A stretch of DNA of 64,000 bases from positions 1,302-65,301 of the forward strand of contig CAWVJB010000010.1 of NCBI GenBank assembly GCA_963929525.1, written 5' to 3'. Of this stretch, positions 19,359 to 28,592 are shown piece by piece. The number at the start of each line of letters is the position of its first letter. Position 1 is the first letter of the stretch. This DNA is from Bacillota bacterium. GTDB lineage: Bacteria; Bacillota; Clostridia; TANB77; CAG-508. The translations under genes and the position numbers were made by a program. Under the pieces are notes generated by a model. That model was given only the letters and a program-made list of their open reading frames with translations, was not told the origin of the DNA and made no database searches.

Positions 19359-19516
19359 GAACAATAGCGGGCTTTTTTTAATATTTTCTCTGCTCTTAAC
19401 ATTTTAAAGCCCGCGTTATTGTTCGGCGCCAAATTTTGCATTAGTAAAATTTGTGTGCAATCGTTAGAGCGAAGCGACGTTGTTGAATAGGAAAAACTCG
19501 ATTTTTCCTATTCAAC
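19359..19516 (+). repeat. Rep-C module, full-length and best-preserved copy
   Basis: Four successive hairpins: GAACAATAGCGGGC-loop-GCCCGCGTTATTGTTC, then CAAATTTT-8-AAAATTTG, then CAATCGT...ACGTTG, then TTGAATAGGAAAAA-4-TTTTTCCTATTCAA. Confidence 0.85.
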
Positions 19517-19523
19517 AACAATA

Positions 19524-19765
19524 GTTACAATTTACAGCCCAATAAAGGACAGGGAAAGGTTATGTTATTCTATATTGAATGAATTTCGAATGTGATTGGA
19601 ATACTTGTAGCCTTTCTTAATTTAAAACAAATGAGGAAGCGGGAATAGCGAGAGGCTCGTTTATTTTAGATTTAGAAAGGCTAAAGTATGCATTGAGCCG
19701 AGAAATTTATGAAATATAGAATAACATAACCTTTCCCTGTCCTTTATTGGGCTGTGAATTGTAAC
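19524..19765. mobile_element. MITE-D copy A (242 bp, about 52-bp terminal inverted repeats)
   Basis: The TIR is GTTACAATTTACAGCCCAATAAAGGACAGGGAAAGGTTATGTTATTCTATAT paired with its reverse complement. A nested inner hairpin is present. Flanking AACAATA occurs on both sides (19517-19523 and 19767-19773). Confidence 0.8.
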
Positions 19766-19901
19766 GAACAATAAAAAATATCATTTATATATCATTTAAA
19801 ACTTTAACCTTAACGCAAACTTTCAGTTTTCTATAAATTTTCTCACGCAACCCCTTCCTTTATGATTAACATTTATGCTAATTTCTCCATTTTTATCTGT
19901 T

Positions 19902-22550
19902 CTAAATATCTGCATACCGAAATGATTGTAATCTTTCTAAAACGGCATTGCTTGGATGTCCAAACATATTATTTTCTCCTACACCAATGATTGCTACTTT
20001 ACTATTCACCGCTTTTAAAAATTCTTCTGTTGATGAACTTTTAGAACCATGATGTGCTACTTTTAATACCGTTGCTTTTAATATATCTAAATCATTTTCA
20101 TAAGTATTTAACATCTTTTTTTCTGCCACTTCTTCTATATCACCAGTAAATAGCATACTAAAATCTTTATATTGTAATTTCATTACCATAGCATTATTAT
20201 TTAATTGATTTTCTTCTATTTGTTTTTCGATTGGCCATAATATATGGAAGGTAACATCTCCTATTGTAATTTTGTCACCTGCTTTTACTTCTCGTACTTG
20301 TAAATTTTTTTTCTTTACTTCTCCTAAAAATTCCTCATAATTGTCACTGGTTTCTTCCTGTTTACTAATAAATATTTGTCCTATTTTCAATTCTTCTAAT
20401 AGTGATAATACTCCACCTACATGGTCTTGATCAAAATGAGAAATAAATATATAGTCTATCTTTGTATATCCTCTATCTAATAAATAAGGAAGGAGTGTAT
20501 CTTTTCCCACATCAAATGTATTTGATGTACTTCCTCCTCCATCAATTAAAATGGTTTCATGATTTGGTGTAATGATAAAACAAGAATCTCCTTGTCCTAC
20601 ATCTAAGAAGTGAATTGCTAAATCTTTAGGAAATTGATACATTCCTATCAAGAAAATAACTAAAAAAATTACTTTGTACGTCTTGATAAGAAATGCCTTT
20701 CCATTTTTTTCTTGGAAAATTTTCTGATATATTTTCTTTGTTTTCTTCTTTTTCTCATATAATTTATATTTCATCAGTGCTATTAGATTTTTTACTCTTC
20801 TTTTTGTATTATTCAAATATTTGTTAGCATAAATCATGTATATCTGATTTCCCACCAAAATTATAATATAATAGATAATAATAAATAAAACACTTGGTGT
20901 AGGAACATATATTTTTGAAAATGGTAAATTGGCTAAATTAGAAATTTGTATTAAACATTTGATGCCTAATGATAAAAAAATAGAAATGAACTGTGAAATT
21001 TGTGAATGAATAAATGAACTAAAAATAAATAAAATAGATAAAAACATAATGGGACCAATAATCATACTAGCTAAAATATTGGTTAGCACAAAATATATTC
21101 CTATCATATTAAAATGATAAAGCATAATCGGAAGAATCATAATTTGTGCCGAAAGTGTAACAGATATCATATCTTTTAGATTTTCTATAATTTTAGAAAT
21201 TCGTTTACTTCTTCTTATTTGGATATTATCTTTTATCCATTTTATATTATCCAAATATTGCTTTATGTTTTTATGAAATAAGATAATCCCAATCGTACCT
21301 AAATATGATAATTGTAATCCTACACCTGTAATGGCATATGGATTTTGTATTAATATAATTCCTAATGAAATAGCAATCGATGTCCAAATATCATTTTTTC
21401 TATACGCTAAAAAAGCTACTATATTCATTATTCCCATAATACCTGCTCTTACAATCGAACTTGTAAAACCTGTTATACTCATATAGAATATTAATCCGAT
21501 GATAACAACATATTTTACACGTCTTTTTCCTAACCATTTCTTAAAAACGATTTCTATTCCTATAACAATGTATATTATATGCATACCAGACACTGCTAAA
21601 ACATGAGAAATATTCGCTATTTGAAATTTCTCTTTTAGTTCTTCTTCTAAAGCTGTGGTATCACCTAAGATTAATCCTTTTACAATTTGTTCTTCTTCTC
21701 TACTTAATATTTTTTCAATATTTTCTGTAATGGTTAACTTGATTTGATGAATACTTTTTTCAATCTTACTTAGATTGTCCGAAGATATTTTTTGATAACT
21801 TTCAACTTTCAATGTACCATATATATTGATAGATTTTAAATATAGCTGATAATCAAATCCACCTGTATTTCTTTGTTCACTTCCTTTTCGAAATTCTCCT
21901 TGTAATCGTACTTTGTCACCATAGTCAAATTGGATATCTTTTTTTACTTCTATATAAATTTGTGTAGATTGATATTTATGAGAATCATTTACTGTTAATA
22001 CCTTTACCTTATAGCGATTTTTATATTCTCTTTCTTCTGAATTACTAACAATAATCCCTTCTACCACCATATTTTCTTCTGGATATAAATGTTTATAACG
22101 ATTTTCTTGAATCATAACAATTGTATTAGAAATCATAGAACTAATGATAATAAAAAAAATAACTTGTTTTGTAAAAATTAATTTGAAATATCGAACATAT
22201 CGATGGATAGAAAATAATTGAAATGATGTTTCCTGTTTCCTTTTTAAACATTTTTTTTCAAGACTGAATAAAATTGGCATTATTGATTGTTTTTGTTTCT
22301 TTGCTTGTGTGCCTATTTTACGCAAATTTGCGTAAATAATATAATAAATTTTACAAATTATTTTAACAATTTGTGTATAAAATAAAAAAGCTATAAAGAT
22401 ATATAAAAAGACTATACTAAAATCAAAGTATAGCCCCCATATAATTCCAATGATATATCCTATAACCATAACGACAATTGGTCTTTTCAAATATGTTATC
22501 ATTCCTTTCCTAATGTAGAATCTTGGTTGGAAAAGAATCAAATTTTTCAA
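19902..22550 (-). CDS. comEC: DNA internalization competence protein ComEC/Rec2 (competence domain plus metallo-beta-lactamase domain)
   Basis: ISHVLAVSGMHI, HFLDVGQGDS, SHFDQDHVGG and VAHHGS motifs. The expected C-terminal end (FGMQIFRTDKNGEISI...) continues in the +1 frame to 19823, so the 3' end appears frameshifted. The start codon is uncertain. Confidence 0.85.
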   Translation of the reverse strand: MKNLILFQPRFYIRKGMITYLKRPIVVMVIGYIIGIIWGLYFDFSIVFLYIFIAFLFYTQIVKIICKIYYIIYANLRKIGTQAKKQKQSIMPILFSLEKKCLKRKQETSFQLFSIHRYVRYFKLIFTKQVIFFIIISSMISNTIVMIQENRYKHLYPEENMVVEGIIVSNSEEREYKNRYKVKVLTVNDSHKYQSTQIYIEVKKDIQFDYGDKVRLQGEFRKGSEQRNTGGFDYQLYLKSINIYGTLKVESYQKISSDNLSKIEKSIHQIKLTITENIEKILSREEEQIVKGLILGDTTALEEELKEKFQIANISHVLAVSGMHIIYIVIGIEIVFKKWLGKRRVKYVVIIGLIFYMSITGFTSSIVRAGIMGIMNIVAFLAYRKNDIWTSIAISLGIILIQNPYAITGVGLQLSYLGTIGIILFHKNIKQYLDNIKWIKDNIQIRRSKRISKIIENLKDMISVTLSAQIMILPIMLYHFNMIGIYFVLTNILASMIIGPIMFLSILFIFSSFIHSQISQFISIFLSLGIKCLIQISNLANLPFSKIYVPTPSVLFIIIYYIIILVGNQIYMIYANKYLNNTKRRVKNLIALMKYKLYEKKKKTKKIYQKIFQEKNGKAFLIKTYKVIFLVIFLIGMYQFPKDLAIHFLDVGQGDSCFIITPNHETILIDGGGSTSNTFDVGKDTLLPYLLDRGYTKIDYIFISHFDQDHVGGVLSLLEELKIGQIFISKQEETSDNYEEFLGEVKKKNLQVREVKAGDKITIGDVTFHILWPIEKQIEENQLNNNAMVMKLQYKDFSMLFTGDIEEVAEKKMLNTYENDLDILKATVLKVAHHGSKSSSTEEFLKAVNSKVAIIGVGENNMFGHPSNAVLERLQSFRYADI

Positions 22551-22569
22551 CCTATCTCCTCCAATTTCA

Positions 22570-23886
22570 TTATAGTATTCTTCTTGCCCCTACATAATTA
22601 TTATTATAATATCCTGTGCTTAAAGAATCAATTCTAACTCCTGTTGCTGGAGTTGATGCGTGGATAATCTGTCCTCCACCGATATATATTGCCACATGAT
22701 TAATTCCAGATTTTCCAAACATAACTAAGTCACCTGGTTGTAAGTTTGCTCTACTAACAGCAACACCATTGCTATATTGTCCAGCAGCAGTTCTATTTAA
22801 AGATTTTCCATGTTGTCTAAATACATATGAAGTAAATCCAGAACAGTCAAATCCTGTACTTGGTGAACTTCCCCCATAAGTATATTTATATCCTAAATAT
22901 TTTTTTGCTGTTGCTACAATTGATGAACCATTACCAGATGCTGGTACATTCGTTGTTTGTGTTGTTGCTTGACTTGTCGTATTTGTGGTTGTTTTTGTAC
23001 TACTTGTTCTTCTAGAAGTTCTTTGACCTCTTGATGTTTCTTGTTTCGTATTGGATAATAATGAAGATGAAATATATCCTTCTACATTATTTACTTTTAC
23101 TTTACTCCATCCATTTGCTTCACTATAAACTTGAACTTCTGTATTTAAAGCTACAGTTGTTACAATTGTACTAGAAGTATTTGCTTCTTGCCTTACATTA
23201 ACTGTTGTAGAATTGACATATTGCGTTTTGATTGGTGTTTCTTGAGCTGGTGCTTCTTCTGGAGTTTCTTCTACTGCTGATTCTTCTACTACTTCTTGCA
23301 CTGGCTTGTCTTTTTTCAATTTATCTTTTCTTAACCAACCTTTTGTTGTTTGTGTTTCTACACATGCCCATCCGTTCATCATGTCTGTGACAGTAACTGT
23401 TTCATCTGTTTTTAATTCTATCACATCTGTTGCATTAATTGATGGGATTAATTTTAGTCTCGTATTTTCTGAAATTTTATATTCTCCCAATGTTATCTCT
23501 TCTGTACTGTCTGGTTCAGTACTTTTGTCTGTCGTATTTTCTGTTGTTTTATTGCTTTCTTGTGTACTATTTTCATTTACTGTATTATTATTTTCTGTAG
23601 GTTCTGGATTTGAATTTACTGTAACTAGTTCTTTACTGACATATCCTGTAATTTGATTATATGTCACTTGATACCAGTCACCTTCTTCTCCGATAATTTC
23701 CACTTCTTGATTCAAAGTAATTTGTTCCAAGATGGTACTTTCAGCATCTGCTGTCTTCCTTAAATTAGCAACCTCTACATTAATTGTTCCAGTATTTGCT
23801 GCTAAACTGATATTTATAAAAAGCAAACTAGCTAATGATATAATTGCCATAACAAAAATGCTTTTTATATTCATTTTACTTTTCAT
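22570..23886 (-). CDS. secreted cell-wall hydrolase: SH3-type repeats plus C-terminal NlpC/P60 (C40) peptidase
   Basis: Signal peptide, repeated GWxxV..N...GYI segments, and the catalytic region GFDCSGFTSYVF...INHVAIYIG. Confidence 0.85.
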   Translation of the reverse strand: MKSKMNIKSIFVMAIISLASLLFINISLAANTGTINVEVANLRKTADAESTILEQITLNQEVEIIGEEGDWYQVTYNQITGYVSKELVTVNSNPEPTENNNTVNENSTQESNKTTENTTDKSTEPDSTEEITLGEYKISENTRLKLIPSINATDVIELKTDETVTVTDMMNGWACVETQTTKGWLRKDKLKKDKPVQEVVEESAVEETPEEAPAQETPIKTQYVNSTTVNVRQEANTSSTIVTTVALNTEVQVYSEANGWSKVKVNNVEGYISSSLLSNTKQETSRGQRTSRRTSSTKTTTNTTSQATTQTTNVPASGNGSSIVATAKKYLGYKYTYGGSSPSTGFDCSGFTSYVFRQHGKSLNRTAAGQYSNGVAVSRANLQPGDLVMFGKSGINHVAIYIGGGQIIHASTPATGVRIDSLSTGYYNNNYVGARRIL

Positions 23887-24054
23887 TGTAATCCTTCTCC
23901 TTAAATATTTTATATTTTAAAAAAAGTAGTACCGAAATAGTATACTATAAATCTAAAAAAAAGTCAAATTTTTGACTTTTTTCCAAAAATTGCTAATTTT
24001 TTTATTCTGAACTAGATATATTCGTGACAGTTTAGACTTCTATACGTATATTGC

Positions 24055-24387
24055 TCATACCACTTGATTTTTTATCAATAGTTTCACCATATGATATATA
24101 AATTTTTGTTTTTCCATATTACATCGAATAATTAATTCATACAAATCTTTATCCATATAACCTATTATATTTTCACTTTTTTCATTTAGAACATCGTAAA
24201 TAGAAATATTTAAGAAATCACATATCCTCATAAATGTTTTTAAATCTATTTTCGTTCTTCCATGTTCCAATTTACTCACATAATTTAAAGATAATCCTAA
24301 AAATTCTGCCATTTCTTTTTGAGTTATTTTATTGTTTATTCTCGTTGCTTGTATCCTTTTACCAATATTAGAAAAATTCATATTCAT
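24055..24387 (-). CDS. XRE-family helix-turn-helix regulator
   Basis: ITQKEMAEFLGLSLNYVSKLEHGRT HTH_3 pattern. Confidence 0.75.
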   Translation of the reverse strand: MNMNFSNIGKRIQATRINNKITQKEMAEFLGLSLNYVSKLEHGRTKIDLKTFMRICDFLNISIYDVLNEKSENIIGYMDKDLYELIIRCNMEKQKFIYHMVKLLIKNQVV

Positions 24388-24465
24388 ATTATCACTTCTC
24401 CTTTATTGGTAAATATAACATTATAGGTTTTATTTGTCAATACATTTTTTACATAATAGTAAAAA

Positions 24466-25485
24466 TTAATTTTCTATACTTTGGATGGCATACATATTAT
24501 TAACTACTTTATCATATGGTGCTGGATTTTCTAATTCTCCAGCCAATGTCATAACTTCTTGAAGCCTATCAAAACTTTCTTTTTCTAATACCGGTGTTTC
24601 ATTCCATGCATCAATATCTTTATATGTTTGTATTGCTTGTGTTAACATATCTATACTTGTGTCTGGGAAAAAATCTTGTATAACAGTAGCAATTTCTTCC
24701 GCGGTATGTTCTTTTACCCAAGTTTGCCCTTCATAAATGGCATCTGTAAAGTTTTGAATGATTTCTTTATTTGCTTCTATATAACTCTTTTTAGCAAAAT
24801 AAGCTGTATATGGTATTTCTCCTGCTTCTTCTCCTACTGATGCCACTACATATCCTTTTTCTTCTTGTTCTGTTAAAGATGCTGTTGGTTCAAATAAAGT
24901 TACATAGTCTGCATTTCCAGCAGCAAATGCTCCTGCCATTAGGTCAAATTTGATGCTATCATCTAATACGACATCTGTTTCTGGATTGATTCCATTCTTT
25001 TTTAATACATATTCCAAAGTCATATATGGTACGCCACCTTTTCTGCCTGGAATCACTGTTTTACCTTTTAAATTTTCCCAACGAAAATTCTCTTCATTTG
25101 TTCTAGAAACTAATAATGATCCATCTTTTTTCGTTAATTGTGCAAATACCTCTGTATAATCTTCTTTTCCTTCATTATATACATAGATAGACGCTTCTGG
25201 ACCTGCAAATCCAATTTCTACTTGATTTGCTAATACACTTGTCATAACAGCATCTGCCCCTTGACCAGTCGATAATTCAATTTCAAGTCCCTTTTCCTCA
25301 AAATATCCATTGTTAATGGCAACATATTGTGGTGCATAAAAGACAGAACGTGTTACTTCACTAACATTGATGGTTTGTAAGGTATTTTGATGATTTCCTT
25401 TTTGGGATTTTATAATAACAATAGCAAGAACAACGGCTATGAACACAATCATTACCACTAGTGTAATTTTTCTTTTTTTACTCAT
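24466..25485 (-). CDS. ABC transporter substrate-binding protein (NMT1/THI5-like, NitT/TauT family)
   Basis: N-terminal anchor, an SBP-like sequence, and an operon with the permease and ATPase. Confidence 0.7.
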   Translation of the reverse strand: MSKKRKITLVVMIVFIAVVLAIVIIKSQKGNHQNTLQTINVSEVTRSVFYAPQYVAINNGYFEEKGLEIELSTGQGADAVMTSVLANQVEIGFAGPEASIYVYNEGKEDYTEVFAQLTKKDGSLLVSRTNEENFRWENLKGKTVIPGRKGGVPYMTLEYVLKKNGINPETDVVLDDSIKFDLMAGAFAAGNADYVTLFEPTASLTEQEEKGYVVASVGEEAGEIPYTAYFAKKSYIEANKEIIQNFTDAIYEGQTWVKEHTAEEIATVIQDFFPDTSIDMLTQAIQTYKDIDAWNETPVLEKESFDRLQEVMTLAGELENPAPYDKVVNNMYAIQSIEN

Positions 25486-25598
25486 TTCACACCTCCTTAT
25501 GTTTTCTTCCTATATTTTATGTTGCTTATTATAATTTGTGAAATCTTAATTGCTTAGACTTAACAAAAAAGAACTACTATTTACATAGTAATTCTCCA

Positions 25599-26408
25599 TC
25601 ATTGAAACTTTTTAGATTTCAATATAATTTTCTCTAATAATAGCACAGCTAAATACATCAGTCCTGCCACAACACCAAGTATAATCACACTTGCCATAAC
25701 TAAATCTAATTTAAAGACTTGCCCACCATATACAATCAAATATCCTAAACCTGCTTTAGATACTAAGAACTCTCCAGAAATAACACCTACTAAAGAAAGC
25801 CCAATATTCACTTTTAAAGAATTGATAAAGGTAGAAATATTAGCTGGTATCACAATTTTCGTTAATATTTGAAATTTTGTAGCTTTAAATGTTTTTGCCA
25901 TTTTGATTAAATCTTTATCTGTTTTCATAAATCCATTTAAATTTTCTAATATGGTAACAACCAATGAAATCGCAACTGCCATCACAATAATAGCTGGTGT
26001 TCCTGCTCCTACCCAAATAATGATAACAGGTCCTAAAGCTACTTTTGGCAAACTATTTAACACAACTAAATAAGGTTCTAATACATCTGAAAGAAATTTA
26101 GACCACCATAACAAAATCGCAATGATTGTTCCTAAAATGGTTCCCAATAAAAATCCTATAACTGTTTCATAAACCGTCACTTTTATGTGCATTAGCAAAT
26201 CATTAGAGCCTAAATTGGTTAATGTTTCCCATATTCTACTCGGCTGACTCATAATAAAGCTATCAATTACATTCCTATTGGCTAATATTTCCCATATAGC
26301 TAAAAATCCGATGAATATTGCTACCTGTGTTACAAGTACCAATATTTTTCTTTTTCGGTTATGTTTGATATATTGTTTTCTTTCTTGTGATAAAACATTA
26401 TTCATCAC
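25599..26408 (-). CDS. ABC transporter permease (NitT/TauT family)
   Basis: About six TM helices with an EAA-like loop. Overlaps the ATPase gene by 11 nt. Confidence 0.8.
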   Translation of the reverse strand: MMNNVLSQERKQYIKHNRKRKILVLVTQVAIFIGFLAIWEILANRNVIDSFIMSQPSRIWETLTNLGSNDLLMHIKVTVYETVIGFLLGTILGTIIAILLWWSKFLSDVLEPYLVVLNSLPKVALGPVIIIWVGAGTPAIIVMAVAISLVVTILENLNGFMKTDKDLIKMAKTFKATKFQILTKIVIPANISTFINSLKVNIGLSLVGVISGEFLVSKAGLGYLIVYGGQVFKLDLVMASVIILGVVAGLMYLAVLLLEKIILKSKKFQ

Positions 26409-27165
26409 CCCCCAACTCCTTCCATAAAGTATTAAAATACCTACTAAATTTTGGACTTTCCCTTACATTAATCGGATTTCGATTTTCCATCTCAAAATCA
26501 ATTATATGAATATCTTTTACGCTTCCTGGTCTTTTGGTTAATACTATCACTCTATCAGACATACTGATAGCTTCCGAAATATCATGTGTAACAATGATGG
26601 CTGTCATATTTTCTTTTCTTAATATAGAATATATATCATTGGTTACCATGATTCTGGTTTGATAATCCAATGCTGAAAAGGCTTCATCTAATAATAAAAT
26701 TTTGGGTTTTGTTGCTAAAGTTCTAATCAAAGCTGCTCTTTGTCTCATTCCTCCAGATAGTTCAGATGGATATTTATTTTTAAAATCGTAAAGATTATAT
26801 TTTTTTAATAAATTCTCTACATATTGTTTGCTTGTTTCATCTAATTTTCCTTTTAGCTCTAATCCCAATATGCTATTACTCCATATGTTTCTCCATTCTA
26901 ATAGGCAATCTTTTTGTAACATATATCCCACATCTTCTGAAATTCCTTCTACTTTTTTATTTTCTATGTAGATTTCTCCTTTTGTCTTTTCTTCTAATCC
27001 ACTAATGATAGATAATAAAGTAGATTTTCCACATCCACTAGGACCTATAATAGATACAAACTCTCCTTCTTTTACTCGAAAATGAATATTATCTAGTGCT
27101 AAAATTTCCCCTTCTTTACTCTGATAGGTTTTACAAATATTTTTTATCTCTAATATCGTTTTCAT
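26398..27165 (-). CDS. ABC transporter ATP-binding protein
   Basis: Walker A GPSGCGKST, signature LSGGMRQR and Walker B ILLLDEAFSALD. Confidence 0.9.
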   Translation of the reverse strand: MKTILEIKNICKTYQSKEGEILALDNIHFRVKEGEFVSIIGPSGCGKSTLLSIISGLEEKTKGEIYIENKKVEGISEDVGYMLQKDCLLEWRNIWSNSILGLELKGKLDETSKQYVENLLKKYNLYDFKNKYPSELSGGMRQRAALIRTLATKPKILLLDEAFSALDYQTRIMVTNDIYSILRKENMTAIIVTHDISEAISMSDRVIVLTKRPGSVKDIHIIDFEMENRNPINVRESPKFSRYFNTLWKELGGDE

Positions 27166-27266
27166 GTAGCTTCATTCCTTTCTAATCTTTTAATACATTT
27201 TTCAGTTATTTTGTCATTAATATATTTTATGTAAAACAAAAAAAGATTGTGTCTTTATTATAATAT

Positions 27267-27487
27267 ACAACTAACCCTTACATGTATTGTTATAATTTTG
27301 AAACACCGCGTAAGCAACCAAACGAGCAATAGCGAGTGAGATTGGAGCAACCTTCACACATTGAAAAGTAAATTTTTAAATAGAATTAAATTTATTTAAG
27401 ACTATATAAAAATTTATCTTTCAACATAAGTGGTTGCTTTCGCACTAGGTGTTTCAAAATCATAACAATACATGTAAGGGTTAGTTG
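27267..27487. repeat. Pal-E long palindromic element (221 bp)
   Basis: The termini are CAACTAACCCTTACATGTATTGTTATAATTTTGAAACACC and its reverse complement. The interior pairs almost throughout, apart from a one-sided bulge containing GAGCAATAGCGAGTGAG. Confidence 0.8.
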
Positions 27488-27508
27488 CTATATAAAATTT
27501 GATATATT

Positions 27509-28135
27509 CTAATTTTCTATATATATCAAATCCTCTAATATGGTATTTTTCATATTAGGATGTTTTGAAAATTTTGATACATTCAATAAATTATATTTTA
27601 ACTCTAATATATGATTATCATATGTTGTCATCTGAAAACATTGCTTCATTTTTTTTCTATAATGATATGGATTTTCTTTAACATATATCACAATGGGAAT
27701 GATACTGATATTTTTGATATTTTTTTGCTTACAATTTTGAATGATTTTGATACATTCTTGTAAAACAACATATGGCAAATCAATAAAAATCTCTTGTTGA
27801 TATATAATCATATAAAAAATTTGTCTATCCAAATGCTTATATATGATTCTTATACCTTTCTGGCTTTTATAGAAATCCATATATACTAATTTTTCTTTTT
27901 CTATTTTTTCATAACTATCTGAAAAACAATTAAGAAAGGAACAAATTCTTTCTTTATCTTTAAATAGATATTCGATGATTTCTCTATATTTTATATTTAA
28001 ATTGTTTTCTTCAAAAACATGATATTTCTCGTTTTCTTCTTGTAAATTCAAATAATCATATTGTTTTACATTATGAATACATTGAATATAGTTTTTATAG
28101 GTAAACTGATATATGACTCTATCACCTCCTAACAA
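27509..28135 (-). CDS. degenerate Rpn/YhgA-like (PD-(D/E)XK putative transposase) family protein, possibly a pseudogene
   Basis: IFYMIIYQQEIFIDLPYVVLQECIKII...IIPIVIYV follows the Rpn core pattern, but the EHQS-type catalytic residues are replaced. The only in-frame start is a TTG without an RBS. An AGGAGG inside the ORF is followed 10 nt later by ATA, where an ATG would be expected. Confidence 0.4.
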   Translation of the reverse strand: MLGGDRVIYQFTYKNYIQCIHNVKQYDYLNLQEENEKYHVFEENNLNIKYREIIEYLFKDKERICSFLNCFSDSYEKIEKEKLVYMDFYKSQKGIRIIYKHLDRQIFYMIIYQQEIFIDLPYVVLQECIKIIQNCKQKNIKNISIIPIVIYVKENPYHYRKKMKQCFQMTTYDNHILELKYNLLNVSKFSKHPNMKNTILEDLIYIEN

Positions 28136-28294
28136 AATAAATTTTAAACTTACTTTTGGAATTCTTTTTGATATTAAAATATATGATAAAAATTAGACTA
28201 AAATATATAAATTAAAATTATGTATATTAAATCACAAAAATGTAAAAAATTCAAGTATTTTCTATCGACAATTTGTCGACATTTGAAATTATCG

Positions 28295-28527
28295 GTTACA
28301 ATTCAGACCTAAGTAATCTTCCAGGGGTGATATGTTATATTTTTAAGCGTTCGAATGCGACCAGAATAGTTTTACAAATTCTTAGGATAAAAGCACAAAG
28401 GGTTCTGTTTCCAGGTATTGTTGTGTTTTTATTCTTAGAATTTGTTAAACGGGAATTGGCAGGTAGCCGAGATCCTTAAAAATATAACATATCACCCCTG
28501 GAAGATTACTTAGGTCTGAATTATAAC
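28295..28527. mobile_element. MITE-D copy C (233 bp)
   Basis: The TIR is GTTACAATTCAGACCTAAGTAATCTTCCAGGGGTGATATGTTATATTTTTAAG paired with its reverse complement. The 8-bp direct repeat AAATTATC flanks it (28286-28293 and 28528-28535). Confidence 0.85.
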
Positions 28528-28592
28528 AAATTATCTGTAAAAGATGCTATTTCACTTCTTTCAATTGAAATAGCATCTTTTTCTTTTATATG

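Noticed and set aside
28273-28479. 68-aa ORF inside MITE-D copy C.
   Set aside because: It lies entirely within a near-perfect palindromic element, has no RBS, and has no equivalent ORF in the other copies.
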